A stretch of 61,426 nucleotides of DNA, counting the filler, from an uncultured Methanosarcinales archaeon (lineage in GTDB: Archaea; Nanobdellota; Nanobdellia; Woesearchaeales; CAYZNE01): the NCBI GenBank assembly GCA_964405295.1. It is 18 parts of 18 records of this genome, joined end to end, with 100 filler letters (N's around TTAATTAATTAA, not from the genome) between each part and the next. Parts side by side here need not be neighbours in the genome. Positions count along the whole stretch, not along the records: positions 51,824 to 54,978 come from CAYONI010000073.1; positions 55,079 to 58,207 come from CAYONI010000074.1; positions 58,308 to 61,426 come from CAYONI010000075.1; 15 more parts are not named here. One strand, written 5' to 3'. This document shows positions 52,803-61,426 of this stretch, piece by piece. Made by a program: the position numbers and the translations under genes. The stretch's first letter is position 1, and each line of letters begins with the position of its first letter. A model generated the notes under the pieces. It searched no databases and was not told the DNA's origin. It was given only the letters and a program-made list of their open reading frames with translations.

Positions 52803-54412
52803 TGATTCAAGAAATTATTCAAAAGATGGGAAAAGATTTATTCTTTAAAATTAATGAATTTTCAGATATATTAAATTTAGATTTTGAAGATGCAAAAAGT
52901 ATTCTTAATGAAGGTAAAGAAAAAGGAATTTTTATTCAAACATTAGAAAATGAATTTGCCTTCAAAGAAAATATTGCAAAAGAAGTGATGGATAATTTTG
53001 ATGTAGAAATTTCAAAAAAATATACTTTTGGGAATTTAAAAGAAAAAAGATTAAGTTTAATTGAAACACATTTAAGAGATGAAATTTTGCAAGATATGGC
53101 ATTAAAGAAAAGAGATCATGCAACTGAAAGTCTAGTTATACATATTGAAAAAAATAATTATATTTATACAACAAGAGATGATAAAAATTCTGAAATGTGG
53201 ATTTATGAAGATGGAATTTATATTCCAGAAGGTAAGTCATATGTTAAAGAATATGCAAGAAGAATTTTAGGTGCAGTTTATACTTCTCATTTTATTAATA
53301 ATGTAATTGAAAAGATTGAAACAGATACTTATATTGATTCAAATACTTTTTTTAATCAAAATATTGTGGATGAAATTCCAGTTCAAAATGGAATATTAAA
53401 TATTTATACAAGGGAACTTTCAATATTTAATCCTCGGAAAATATTTTTTAATAAATTGCCAATAACTTATGATTCTTCTTCTAAATGTCCAATGATAGAA
53501 GAACATTTTGAAACAATCCTTAAAGATAAAGAAGATGCAAAAGTTATGTTTGAATTGTTTGGTTATGCTTTATTGAAGGAAAACAAATTAGAGAAGGCAT
53601 TTATGATGGTTGGGAATGGAAGGAATGGAAAGAGCAAAACATTGGAATTAATGAAAAAATTTGTTGGAGTAAATAATTGTTCTGCATTGGCATTAAGTTC
53701 AATGAATTCAGATAGTTTTTCTTTATCTGAATTATTTGGAAGATTTGTTAATCTTGCAGGAGATTTAAGTTATACAGATTTAAAAGATACTGGAATGATT
53801 AAACAACTTATTGGAAGAGATGAAATTCAATCTAAGAGAAAATTTAAAACAGATTTGAATTTTGTTAATTATTCAAAATTAATCTTCTCAACAAATGAAC
53901 TTCCAAGAGTTTATGACTTAACGGATGGATTCTGGACTAAATGGGTTTTACTTGAATTTCCATATAAGTTTATTTCTCAAAAAGAATATGATGGTTTGCA
54001 AGAAGATCAAAGAGAGAATAAGAAAATTATGAATACAGATATTATTGAACAAATAACAACAGATAAAGAGATGTCTGGATTATTAAATAAAGCATTAGAT
54101 TCATTGAAAATTATTCTTGAAAACAAAGAATTTAGTTATTCAAAAGGAACTGATGAAGTAAAAAATTTATGGATCAGACAAAGTGATTCCTTTATGGCCT
54201 TTTGTTTTGATAAGTTAGAAGAAAGTTATGACTCAAAGGTTTCTAAAAAAGCATTAAGGAAATGTTATTTAGAATATTGTAAATTTCATAAGTTAAAATC
54301 AACTTCTGATAAATCAATTAAAATCACACTAGAAAATATGTTTGGTGCAATTGAAGTAAGATTTGGTGACACAAGTAATGGATGGGAGGGTTTTAAATTT
54401 AAGCAACTGTAA
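52802..54412 (+). CDS. D5/P4-family SF3 helicase
   Basis: D5_N-like region (NGILN), GNGRNGKS Walker A, K.L.G.D.I, IFSTNELP. Confidence 0.88.
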   Translation: MIQEIIQKMGKDLFFKINEFSDILNLDFEDAKSILNEGKEKGIFIQTLENEFAFKENIAKEVMDNFDVEISKKYTFGNLKEKRLSLIETHLRDEILQDMALKKRDHATESLVIHIEKNNYIYTTRDDKNSEMWIYEDGIYIPEGKSYVKEYARRILGAVYTSHFINNVIEKIETDTYIDSNTFFNQNIVDEIPVQNGILNIYTRELSIFNPRKIFFNKLPITYDSSSKCPMIEEHFETILKDKEDAKVMFELFGYALLKENKLEKAFMMVGNGRNGKSKTLELMKKFVGVNNCSALALSSMNSDSFSLSELFGRFVNLAGDLSYTDLKDTGMIKQLIGRDEIQSKRKFKTDLNFVNYSKLIFSTNELPRVYDLTDGFWTKWVLLEFPYKFISQKEYDGLQEDQRENKKIMNTDIIEQITTDKEMSGLLNKALDSLKIILENKEFSYSKGTDEVKNLWIRQSDSFMAFCFDKLEESYDSKVSKKALRKCYLEYCKFHKLKSTSDKSIKITLENMFGAIEVRFGDTSNGWEGFKFKQL

Positions 54413-54491
54413 GGACTGTAAGGGTTTTTTCACTCTATAGGGAATTAAAAATTTCCTATACAATGTCAAAAACCCCTACAAAGGTTACAGT
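54406..54491. repeat. Nested imperfect palindrome, candidate replication origin
   Basis: ACTGTAAGG x2; ACTGTAA/TTACAGT, TGTAAGGGTTTTT/AAAAACCCCTACA and TATAGGGAAT/ATTTCCTATA arms. Confidence 0.6.
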
Positions 54492-54550
54492 AAACCCCAA
54501 AAATCAAACAAAAAGCAAACATATATAAACTACAATAAACTAATATAAAC

Positions 54551-54682
54551 ATGAAAAAAAGATTAAAAAAATATGGTAACACTTTGATCATTAATTTTAC
54601 CAAAGAAGAACAAAAAATGTATGGATTAGTTGAAGGAGATATTATTGATGTTGAAGATATGGTTGTGGAGGCAAAAGAATGA
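54551..54682 (+). CDS. AbrB/MazE/SpoVT-like small DNA-binding protein (not in the ORF track)
   Basis: MKKRLKKYGNTLIINFTKEEQKMYGLVEGDIIDV; TATATAAA box upstream. Confidence 0.75.
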   Translation: MKKRLKKYGNTLIINFTKEEQKMYGLVEGDIIDVEDMVVEAKE

Positions 54683-54927
54683 AATCAACTATCTGCCCAG
54701 ATTGTAAAAGAATAAGAGAAGTAAAGGATGATGTTTTTATGGCCATCTGTCTGTGTGGTAATACTCTAAATTTCAATAGAAACCCAACTCTAACGAATGA
54801 ACTATCAAATTCCGACCAAGTTATTCTAAAAGACCTTTTTTCAATAGGGGTGGAGAAAGGTAAGCCAGAAACAATGGAAGAATGGTTGGATGATATTGAT
54901 ACTAAAATAAAGGTGAATTTACTATGA
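54679..54927 (+). CDS. Zinc-ribbon protein
   Basis: CPDC...C.CG. Confidence 0.6.
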   Translation: MKSTICPDCKRIREVKDDVFMAICLCGNTLNFNRNPTLTNELSNSDQVILKDLFSIGVEKGKPETMEEWLDDIDTKIKVNLL

Positions 54928-55100
54928 AAACACTAAACCTAACAAATAAAGAATTTGAAGTAATAAATAAAAGATTAGNNNNNNNNNNNNNNNNNNNNNN
55001 NNNNNNNNNNNNNNNNNNNNNNTTAATTAATTAANNNNNNNNNNNNNNNNNNNNNNNNNNNNNNNNNNNNNNNNNNNNGGGTGTTGGTTGCAATTCTAAT

Positions 55101-55265
55101 CTATTTTTCACGTTCACAGCCTTTATAATAACTATTTATCGCAATACTTAAGCCGTCAGTCATTGTTCCAGTTCTGCCGTTGGCGTGTTTATAACTACGT
55201 CCGATCTGCGCGAGCAAATCCCGTTGTTGATAGGTCAATCTAAAGTCTGTTTTCTTAGTCGCCAT
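55101..55265 (-). CDS. Small RHH-like phage protein (not in the ORF track)
   Basis: MATKKTDFRLT...54 aa; GGGGG RBS. Confidence 0.45.
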   Translation of the reverse strand: MATKKTDFRLTYQQRDLLAQIGRSYKHANGRTGTMTDGLSIAINSYYKGCEREK

Positions 55266-55307
55266 AATTCCCCCTTTTGTTTCATTGTACTATATGTCAG
55301 CACAGTG

Positions 55308-56153
55308 TCAAGACAAAAGGCAAGACACAGCGAGTTTTCCTTCTGAAATATGGTAGTCATTAAAGTCTTGTCCGTGTTTTGGCGGGTAAACTACCAGTCC
55401 ATTGACTGAATCAGAGGCCTTAATCGCCTTGTCAATCCCAATATTATCGTTGTCAGCGCAAAAAATTATCTTTACTGCTGGGAATTTCTCTCTAAGTTTT
55501 CTAGCTGCTGGCTCAAGGTTTCCAGCGTCAAACGATACCGCAACAGCTAATCCAGTGCATTCATGTAGGCTAGCTCCTGTTGCATATCCTTCACATATCA
55601 AAAGCGTATCTGTTATTTTACCAATGCTCAGATAGCATCCTTTTTTTGCAGTTCCATATAGAAACTTTTTAGATCCGTCTTCTTGTATAAACTGTAGTCC
55701 ATGAAGTACGCCGCTTGAGTCCATTACTGGTAAAACTATCGACTCTTTGTTTAATCTTGCCCTGTACGGGTTTATCCCCTTCCTTGTAACGTACTTATTA
55801 TTCATTAAACAACCGCCAGAAATAGACTTGTCCCAGATATGAACTGCCTTTTCTCTACATTCTTGCTGCGCTTGCTTTTGCTCAATCAATCGTTTAGCTT
55901 TTGCCTCATCAACTGTTTTTCTGAACAGCTTCTTATCCTCTTGAGACAACTTGCTTGAAGAGTTGAACTTAACATTTAAACCAGTTTTCCAGTGGCCGAA
56001 TGCACCGGCAATAGGTTCATCTGGATGTAGTATATACCAGCAGTTTTTTTGTCGATCATCGCTTGCTGCATATCGGTGTATTACACCATCTGCTATAATA
56101 TTGCATGGTGGTTCAAGTCCAGCATCCATCATTGCGTTGATTAATTCATCCAT
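55308..56153 (-). CDS. TOPRIM-domain primase
   Basis: LQFI..DG.K.F..G, ICEGYATG, AVSFDAGNL, CADND and DFND motifs; start ATG 56153 (GGAGG RBS). Confidence 0.88.
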   Translation of the reverse strand: MDELINAMMDAGLEPPCNIIADGVIHRYAASDDRQKNCWYILHPDEPIAGAFGHWKTGLNVKFNSSSKLSQEDKKLFRKTVDEAKAKRLIEQKQAQQECREKAVHIWDKSISGGCLMNNKYVTRKGINPYRARLNKESIVLPVMDSSGVLHGLQFIQEDGSKKFLYGTAKKGCYLSIGKITDTLLICEGYATGASLHECTGLAVAVSFDAGNLEPAARKLREKFPAVKIIFCADNDNIGIDKAIKASDSVNGLVVYPPKHGQDFNDYHISEGKLAVSCLLS

Positions 56154-56154
56154 G

Positions 56155-57648
56155 TTAGCCTCCATTTTTTTTAGCAATCGCAGCCCTTGCAGCTTGCCCA
56201 CGTATCCAAGAAAGTACTTCAACTGTTGGCTGTTGTTCTCTGCGCACTAAACCCTTTGGCCAGGTGCCAAATCTGGACCGAAACTTGTGACTATACCAAC
56301 CATCCTTGAACCCTTTTGTTCTAGCGTATGAGATAAACTGTGCATACCAATCTTGTTTTTCCTGTTTACTATGTGTTTTTTTAACTTTTTTTGTCTTGAA
56401 ACACACCTCGCCTAAATCTGCGTCAATGTATTCAACGTCTTTTGACATCCTTTTAATGTCTGGAATCGTTCCACATTGAGGACATTTTAGCTGCTTAGTG
56501 TATACCATGTCGCACATGTCACAGGTTATCGGCCTTGATTCTCTTTCTTTTCTCTCATCATTACTCGTACTGCTATTTTTCTTATCTTCGTCAAGTGTCC
56601 AGTCTGTTATCTCATCAACTGGGCCATGTTCGTAACATGCCCCTGCATGGTCGATATAAGTGCAAAATGTTTTACCTTCAGCAGGACGCATTCCTCTGCC
56701 GATTGTTTGCATATATAGCGCGAGTGATTTTGTCGGTCTTGCCATAATTACACAAGCTATTTCTGGGACGTCAACTCCCTCAGTCAAAACAGCGCAATTA
56801 CACAAGACCTGCGTGCGTCCGCTTCTGAACCTTGATATTATACCTAAACGCTCTTGTTTGTCTGTCCTGCCGTCAATATGCTCAGATGCCACGCCCACAT
56901 GGTTAAACGCCTCACAGACCGCTACAGAGTGCGCTACGGTCGTTGTAAACACTATTGTTTGTAACCCCGCTGCTATCCTTGACCAGTTTTCAACAATATC
57001 ACCAACAAGCTTAGGCTCGCGCATGACTTGATCGAGTTGTTTCTCGTTGTAGTCACCTGCTGTTATTTTAATTTTTGATAAGTCTGGCTCACTTGGTGCG
57101 TAATATTTTATCGGCACAAGGTGTCCTTGTTTTGTTAGTTCGGCTATCGTTGCAACATTTATCAACGTATCGAATAGCGTTCCCAGTCCTTTACCTGTTT
57201 TTCTGCAAGGAGTAGCTGTAAACCCAATGACTATATTCCCTCTGTGCGCCTCTATTGCTGTACCGTATGTCTCAGAAGTTGCGTGGTGTGATTCGTCAAT
57301 TATGATTATGTCTGCTTTTTGGTAGTTTATACGCTTCATCCTACTGTTTAATGTTTGTACTGTTGCTAACTCTACAAGATGCCCTCCATGATATTTTTCG
57401 CCAGATAAGATCACGCCATAATCAATATTATATTTGTCCAGGTATTCTGATATTTGAAATAATATTTCTCTCCTGTGGACAAGAAACAGGACTTTTTTAC
57501 TCTTATTGTTAGCTGATTTTATTATTGATGATAGAATCACCCCTTTGCCGCTGCCTGTCGGGCTTACAACCAATATCGACTTTTTACCATCTGAGCATGC
57601 TTGCCGTATTTTATTTAGCGCGTCTGTTTGATATCCACGTAATTGCAT
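56155..57648 (-). CDS. SF2 DEAD/DEAH-type phage helicase with C-terminal Zn finger
   Basis: LRGYQ, PTGSGK, DESHH, TATP, LTEGVD, QTIGRGMR and CDMC..CPQC motifs. Confidence 0.92.
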   Translation of the reverse strand: MQLRGYQTDALNKIRQACSDGKKSILVVSPTGSGKGVILSSIIKSANNKSKKVLFLVHRREILFQISEYLDKYNIDYGVILSGEKYHGGHLVELATVQTLNSRMKRINYQKADIIIIDESHHATSETYGTAIEAHRGNIVIGFTATPCRKTGKGLGTLFDTLINVATIAELTKQGHLVPIKYYAPSEPDLSKIKITAGDYNEKQLDQVMREPKLVGDIVENWSRIAAGLQTIVFTTTVAHSVAVCEAFNHVGVASEHIDGRTDKQERLGIISRFRSGRTQVLCNCAVLTEGVDVPEIACVIMARPTKSLALYMQTIGRGMRPAEGKTFCTYIDHAGACYEHGPVDEITDWTLDEDKKNSSTSNDERKERESRPITCDMCDMVYTKQLKCPQCGTIPDIKRMSKDVEYIDADLGEVCFKTKKVKKTHSKQEKQDWYAQFISYARTKGFKDGWYSHKFRSRFGTWPKGLVRREQQPTVEVLSWIRGQAARAAIAKKNGG

Positions 57649-57756
57649 ATATATCACTCTCTATATATAAGTTGCTGTGTATGTGTTCGCTCTATAAAGT
57701 TCTTGTATGGCGGGAGGGTATAGGGTTTAGTGCTAATGTTACTGTTAATGCTAATG

Positions 57757-57849
57757 GCTTACTTTTGCTTACTGTTTGCTTACTGTTTGCTTTAGCATAC
57801 CCCAAGCAGTGCTTACTTTTGCTTACTGTTTGCTTACTGTTGCTTACTG
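57757..57849. repeat. Iteron-like 10-11-bp tandem repeats
   Basis: GCTTACT(G)TTT units in two blocks, 57757-57792 and 57811-57849. Confidence 0.8.
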
Positions 57850-58101
57850 CTCAGTTGGCTTGTAAGCCCGCCCACCCTTTGCGCCAGCGTTTGCCTTTTG
57901 TGCTCTAAAATCTAGAGACTCTGCTATTAAATCTTTTGCGAAACAATTAGTTGTATTTTCTGGATCTGCTCGCAATAAATCAGTTGCTAACTCCATCAAC
58001 CATTCTCCGCGTTCTTCCTCCGGTACTCCCAACACGGCACACATAAAATCAGAGGCTTCAATTTTGAAGAAAAATGATTTATTCTTTTTTTTAGTTGCCA
58101 T
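57844..58101 (-). CDS. Phage replication-initiator-like N-terminal domain (apparently frameshifted)
   Basis: Ends AGAKGG just before the iteron block; lies upstream of the helicase and primase. Confidence 0.5.
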   Translation of the reverse strand: MATKKKNKSFFFKIEASDFMCAVLGVPEEERGEWLMELATDLLRADPENTTNCFAKDLIAESLDFRAQKANAGAKGGRAYKPTEQ

Positions 58102-58131
58102 GTGCTATAATCCTTTCACGCTTTGTTGTTG

Positions 58132-58157
58132 CCGCTAGTTGGCGCTAGCGGTTTTTT
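58132..58157. terminator. GC hairpin with T run
   Basis: CCGCTAG-ttggcg-CTAGCGG-TTTTTT. Confidence 0.5.
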
Positions 58158-58397
58158 ATTTATTACCCAATTCATCAACATACTTTCTAACTGTTGGATA
58201 GCTCATCNNNNNNNNNNNNNNNNNNNNNNNNNNNNNNNNNNNNNNNNNNNNTTAATTAATTAANNNNNNNNNNNNNNNNNNNNNNNNNNNNNNNNNNNNN
58301 NNNNNNNAGTTTTCTTACTGCCGAAAATCTGATGGGTGCCGTAGTTTTTACTTACTTTAATATCAATTACTGCGTAGCAGACAATATGTCCGTTAGG

Positions 58398-58480
58398 ACG
58401 AGAAAGGGGCGTTAGATTTTTTGCTTCTTTCCATGAAAATTAAAAATTTTCAGGGCACAGAAAATCTTTGATTTTCTCGT
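58398..58480. repeat. Nested imperfect intergenic palindrome
   Basis: ACGAGAAA/TTTCTCGT, AGATTTTTTG/CAGAAAATCT and TGAAAATT/AATTTTCA arms. Confidence 0.6.
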
Positions 58481-58518
58481 GTTTCTAAAAAAAGAAGATA
58501 GGGGGCATTTTGTATAAT

Positions 58519-61426
58519 TTATTTTTTTGTTCTTTTCTTATATTTCTTTTTCTTTGTTTTTTTCTTTGGAGCAATTCTTTTAAGCTCTTTAAGAATAAGA
58601 ATTAAAACAACTAAAACAGCAGTTAAGATTATCCATGTAACATAAACTTCTTTGAAAGCAAAAGAGGGTATGCTCATAGCATTAATTATTTTTGCAGGCA
58701 GTTCTTTAATTGAAATGCCTGATAAACTAAGCAATATTAAACCTAAAACAACCAAACCTAAAACTGCAATAAGAATATTTTTTGCATTTAATATTGTGTA
58801 TTCTTTTTTTGTAGCTTTCTTTTCAGGCTCTTGTTTTTTCTTAAATAATCCTTTAATAGCTTCTTTTTTCTTTACTGTGAAATAAACTAATCCAGCTAAA
58901 ACAATTAAGCCAATTAAGATATAAGGCAGGTAAGAGGGCATTGTAATAGGGGCTTTCTCTTTCTCTTCTTCTTCAGAAATTACTTTAGGGATTACTTCTT
59001 CAATTCCATTAACAACCAAAACACTATTAACTTCTTTACTTCCTTCATCAGAAGTAACTATAAATTTAATTTCATATTCTTTTGCTTCAATATCTGCATT
59101 AAATGTTATTGTAAATGTTTTTGTTTCTTCTGGCAAGATTATATTATATTTTTCAGGAGTTATTGTAAAAGAATCTAAAGGCAATCCAGAAACAATTAAT
59201 CCAACATTATTTAAATTTCCTTCTCCAATATTTTTAACTTCAATTGTTTTTTCTAATGATTCTGTTTTTATTATTTCAATTTTTTCTGGGAAATTATCTA
59301 TAATCTGTATTTTGCCTTCTTTTTCCTCAACTTCTAAAGTTGGAACTCCACCACTTCCGCCTGTTCCTGCACCGCTACCAGCTCCTGTATCTCCACCATC
59401 TTCAGCAGGGGCAGTGCTGAATGTTACAGAATCACTTGCACCAGAATTTGGTTGTGAAGAACTTGCATAACTTGTATCAACCCTTATAACCTGCAAACCA
59501 GTTGGGTATGAGCTTGGAACATTTAGTGAAACAGATTGAGTAACATTTTGTAAAGGCACTGTTTCTTTTGAGAAGGAAACTTGAGTTTCTCCAGCATTCC
59601 AGACCCCATTGTTGTCAAGGTCAACCCAGACAGTAGAAGTTGATTCTGTTGGAACTTCACCTTCATCTTTTAAAATAACAGAACATACTAAATTTTGTCC
59701 TACATAACCTGAATCAGGGCATTCTAAATAAACTTTGTAAGGACCGCCTGTTGCTATCCTGAATTGTGCTGAACGTGAAGCTGAAACTCCTTGATAAGAA
59801 GATACCATATGAACAGTATACATTCCTGTTGTGGGAGTTGCACTTATTGATTTGCTGTAAGTCCAGATATGGTCAGAGCCCTCTGTGAATTGTGGCTTTG
59901 TTGCAGTTTGCCAGATATTATCATTTGGGTCATAAATTGTTATGTTAATTGTATCTGGAGTTATATAAGAACCATTTTGTGTTGTAAATGTTGCTTCAAT
60001 TAAAGCTTCTTCATTTGCATATCTTGGTGAGCCTGCAATTAGGGCTGAAATTGAAAATAAATTTAAGCAGGAAATAGTTGTATTAATTGCTGTTGTTAAT
60101 GTTAAAATATCTCCTGTATCTGTTTTTATATTATTAAGCAAAGTGCATATAGTTGAATTTGGATTTATAGAGCATTGGTGCAATTCTTCCAAGTCATCAA
60201 CTTCTAATAAGATGGTTGAAACAGTTGAATTAATTGCCTCTGTTGTTATGTTGATATGCTCTGTTAAGGTTATCAAATAAGTTAGGTTTGAATTTATCTC
60301 GCCCACTCTATTTTGAGTGTATTGATGTTCTCCAAATAAAGTGTTATTGTTTTCATCATCAGCAGGATTTCCAATATAAGTTAAAGTTTGCTGGGTGTTG
60401 TTCCAAGTTAAATTTAGTTTTGTGTAAACTGTGTTTTGCAGATAATCATAATTGTTTTGTGTTGTTGTGTTTATTTCTGTTAATCTATTTGTAATATCAT
60501 TATCTAAATAATCATCAATTTCATTTGTAGTAAAATTAATTTCTGTTAATCTTGTTGTGATTTCTCCATCTAAATAAGTGTCAATTTCGTTTGTTGTTGA
60601 ATTAATTTCAGTTAATCTTGTTATAACCCCTGTCATATTTTCTTGTGTTGCTACATTGTTTCTTACCCAAGTTACATCATTCTGAACATTATCTATTTTA
60701 GTTTGTAAGCTTGAATTAATGCTTGTTAAATCAGAACTAATTGAATTTACCGTATTGTTGATTGTTGTTAATCTTGAAAAAGTTTCTGTCATATTAGTTT
60801 GAGTTGCTACATTACTAACTAACCAATTCGTATCTGAAAGTATTGTAGAAATATTTGATTGAAGAGCAACATTATTAATTAACCAAGTTATATTATTTTG
60901 AATATTATCTATTTTAGTTTGCAGGCTTGAATTAATGCTTGTTAAATCAGAGCTTATTGAATTTATAGTATCATTAATTGTTGTTAATCTGCTAAATGTT
61001 TCTGTTATGTTTTCCTGTGTGGCGACATTACTAACTAACCAGTTTGTATCTGAAAGAATTGCAGAAATGTTTTCTTGAGTTGCCATTTCAGAATAAATTG
61101 TATTAACTGTTGTGTTTATGCTGTTTAGATAAGTGCATAATTCTGAATTTGCTGGATTAGAGCAATCTGTCTGGGTTTTGATAGAACTAACAGTTGAGTT
61201 TATTGTGTCTAATTTTGAATTAATTAAAGTAATGTTTGTTTGTGTTGCTACATTATTTATCAGCCAAGTTATATTAGTCTGCATATTTGATAAGGCAGAA
61301 GCTTTTGCCATGTCGCTGTAAATTTCTCCAGTTCTTATGTAGGTTGCATTAGAGATATTGTAAAGCTGTTCTGCTGTGTAAGTTCCCCATTTTGTTAATA
61401 GGTTTTGGGTGTCTGTGTAAATGTTT
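58519..61426 (-). CDS. Large DPANN-type surface glycoprotein with coiled-coil-like repeats, Ig/CARDB-like domains and three C-terminal TM helices (5'-truncated)
   Basis: W(L/V)..NVATQ repeats, dense N-x-S/T sequons, Gly linker, VKNIGE.NL..V, TM helices and a lysine-rich tail. Confidence 0.75.
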   Translation of the reverse strand, partial: NIYTDTQNLLTKWGTYTAEQLYNISNATYIRTGEIYSDMAKASALSNMQTNITWLINNVATQTNITLINSKLDTINSTVSSIKTQTDCSNPANSELCTYLNSINTTVNTIYSEMATQENISAILSDTNWLVSNVATQENITETFSRLTTINDTINSISSDLTSINSSLQTKIDNIQNNITWLINNVALQSNISTILSDTNWLVSNVATQTNMTETFSRLTTINNTVNSISSDLTSINSSLQTKIDNVQNDVTWVRNNVATQENMTGVITRLTEINSTTNEIDTYLDGEITTRLTEINFTTNEIDDYLDNDITNRLTEINTTTQNNYDYLQNTVYTKLNLTWNNTQQTLTYIGNPADDENNNTLFGEHQYTQNRVGEINSNLTYLITLTEHINITTEAINSTVSTILLEVDDLEELHQCSINPNSTICTLLNNIKTDTGDILTLTTAINTTISCLNLFSISALIAGSPRYANEEALIEATFTTQNGSYITPDTINITIYDPNDNIWQTATKPQFTEGSDHIWTYSKSISATPTTGMYTVHMVSSYQGVSASRSAQFRIATGGPYKVYLECPDSGYVGQNLVCSVILKDEGEVPTESTSTVWVDLDNNGVWNAGETQVSFSKETVPLQNVTQSVSLNVPSSYPTGLQVIRVDTSYASSSQPNSGASDSVTFSTAPAEDGGDTGAGSGAGTGGSGGVPTLEVEEKEGKIQIIDNFPEKIEIIKTESLEKTIEVKNIGEGNLNNVGLIVSGLPLDSFTITPEKYNIILPEETKTFTITFNADIEAKEYEIKFIVTSDEGSKEVNSVLVVNGIEEVIPKVISEEEEKEKAPITMPSYLPYILIGLIVLAGLVYFTVKKKEAIKGLFKKKQEPEKKATKKEYTILNAKNILIAVLGLVVLGLILLSLSGISIKELPAKIINAMSIPSFAFKEVYVTWIILTAVLVVLILILKELKRIAPKKKTKKKKYKKRTKK

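Noticed and set aside
3871..58307. Recurrent TTAATTAATTAA flanked by N runs
   Set aside because: Artificial contig linker. ORF-track entries containing X or ending LIN/N at these sites are artefacts.

Overview
This window is not one locus. It is 18 unrelated metagenomic contigs of about 3-4 kb, joined by artificial 100-nt spacers (N-run + TTAATTAATTAA + N-run), so synteny across spacers is meaningless. Contents in order: (1) type III R-M Res plus GIY-YIG nuclease; (2) McrBC plus a MazG-like gene start; (3) M24 peptidase, YjbQ and a C45/alpha-beta hydrolase fusion; (4,5,7,9) low-GC, Acholeplasma/Izemoplasma-like housekeeping and surface genes; (6,13,18) DPANN-archaea-like fragments; (8) a recombinase-in-trio (RIT) element; (10) an M48 peptidase operon; (11,14,16,17) viral/plasmid fragments; (12) TA genes and nucleotide-sugar genes; (15) a CPR-like surface protein. 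Taxonomic labels are impressions only. Three observations stand out. (a) A viral ParB-DNA methyltransferase gene is broken by an HNH endonuclease insertion; the insert adds two complementary beta-rich peptides that could form a split SH3/Tudor-like clasp instead of an intein (35453-37402). (b) A single archaeal hydrolase gene is bracketed by 90-bp structured direct repeats whose palindromic arms look reciprocally swapped (42017-43838). (c) A short conserved repeat separates single genes in a cassette-like array (28847-32043).
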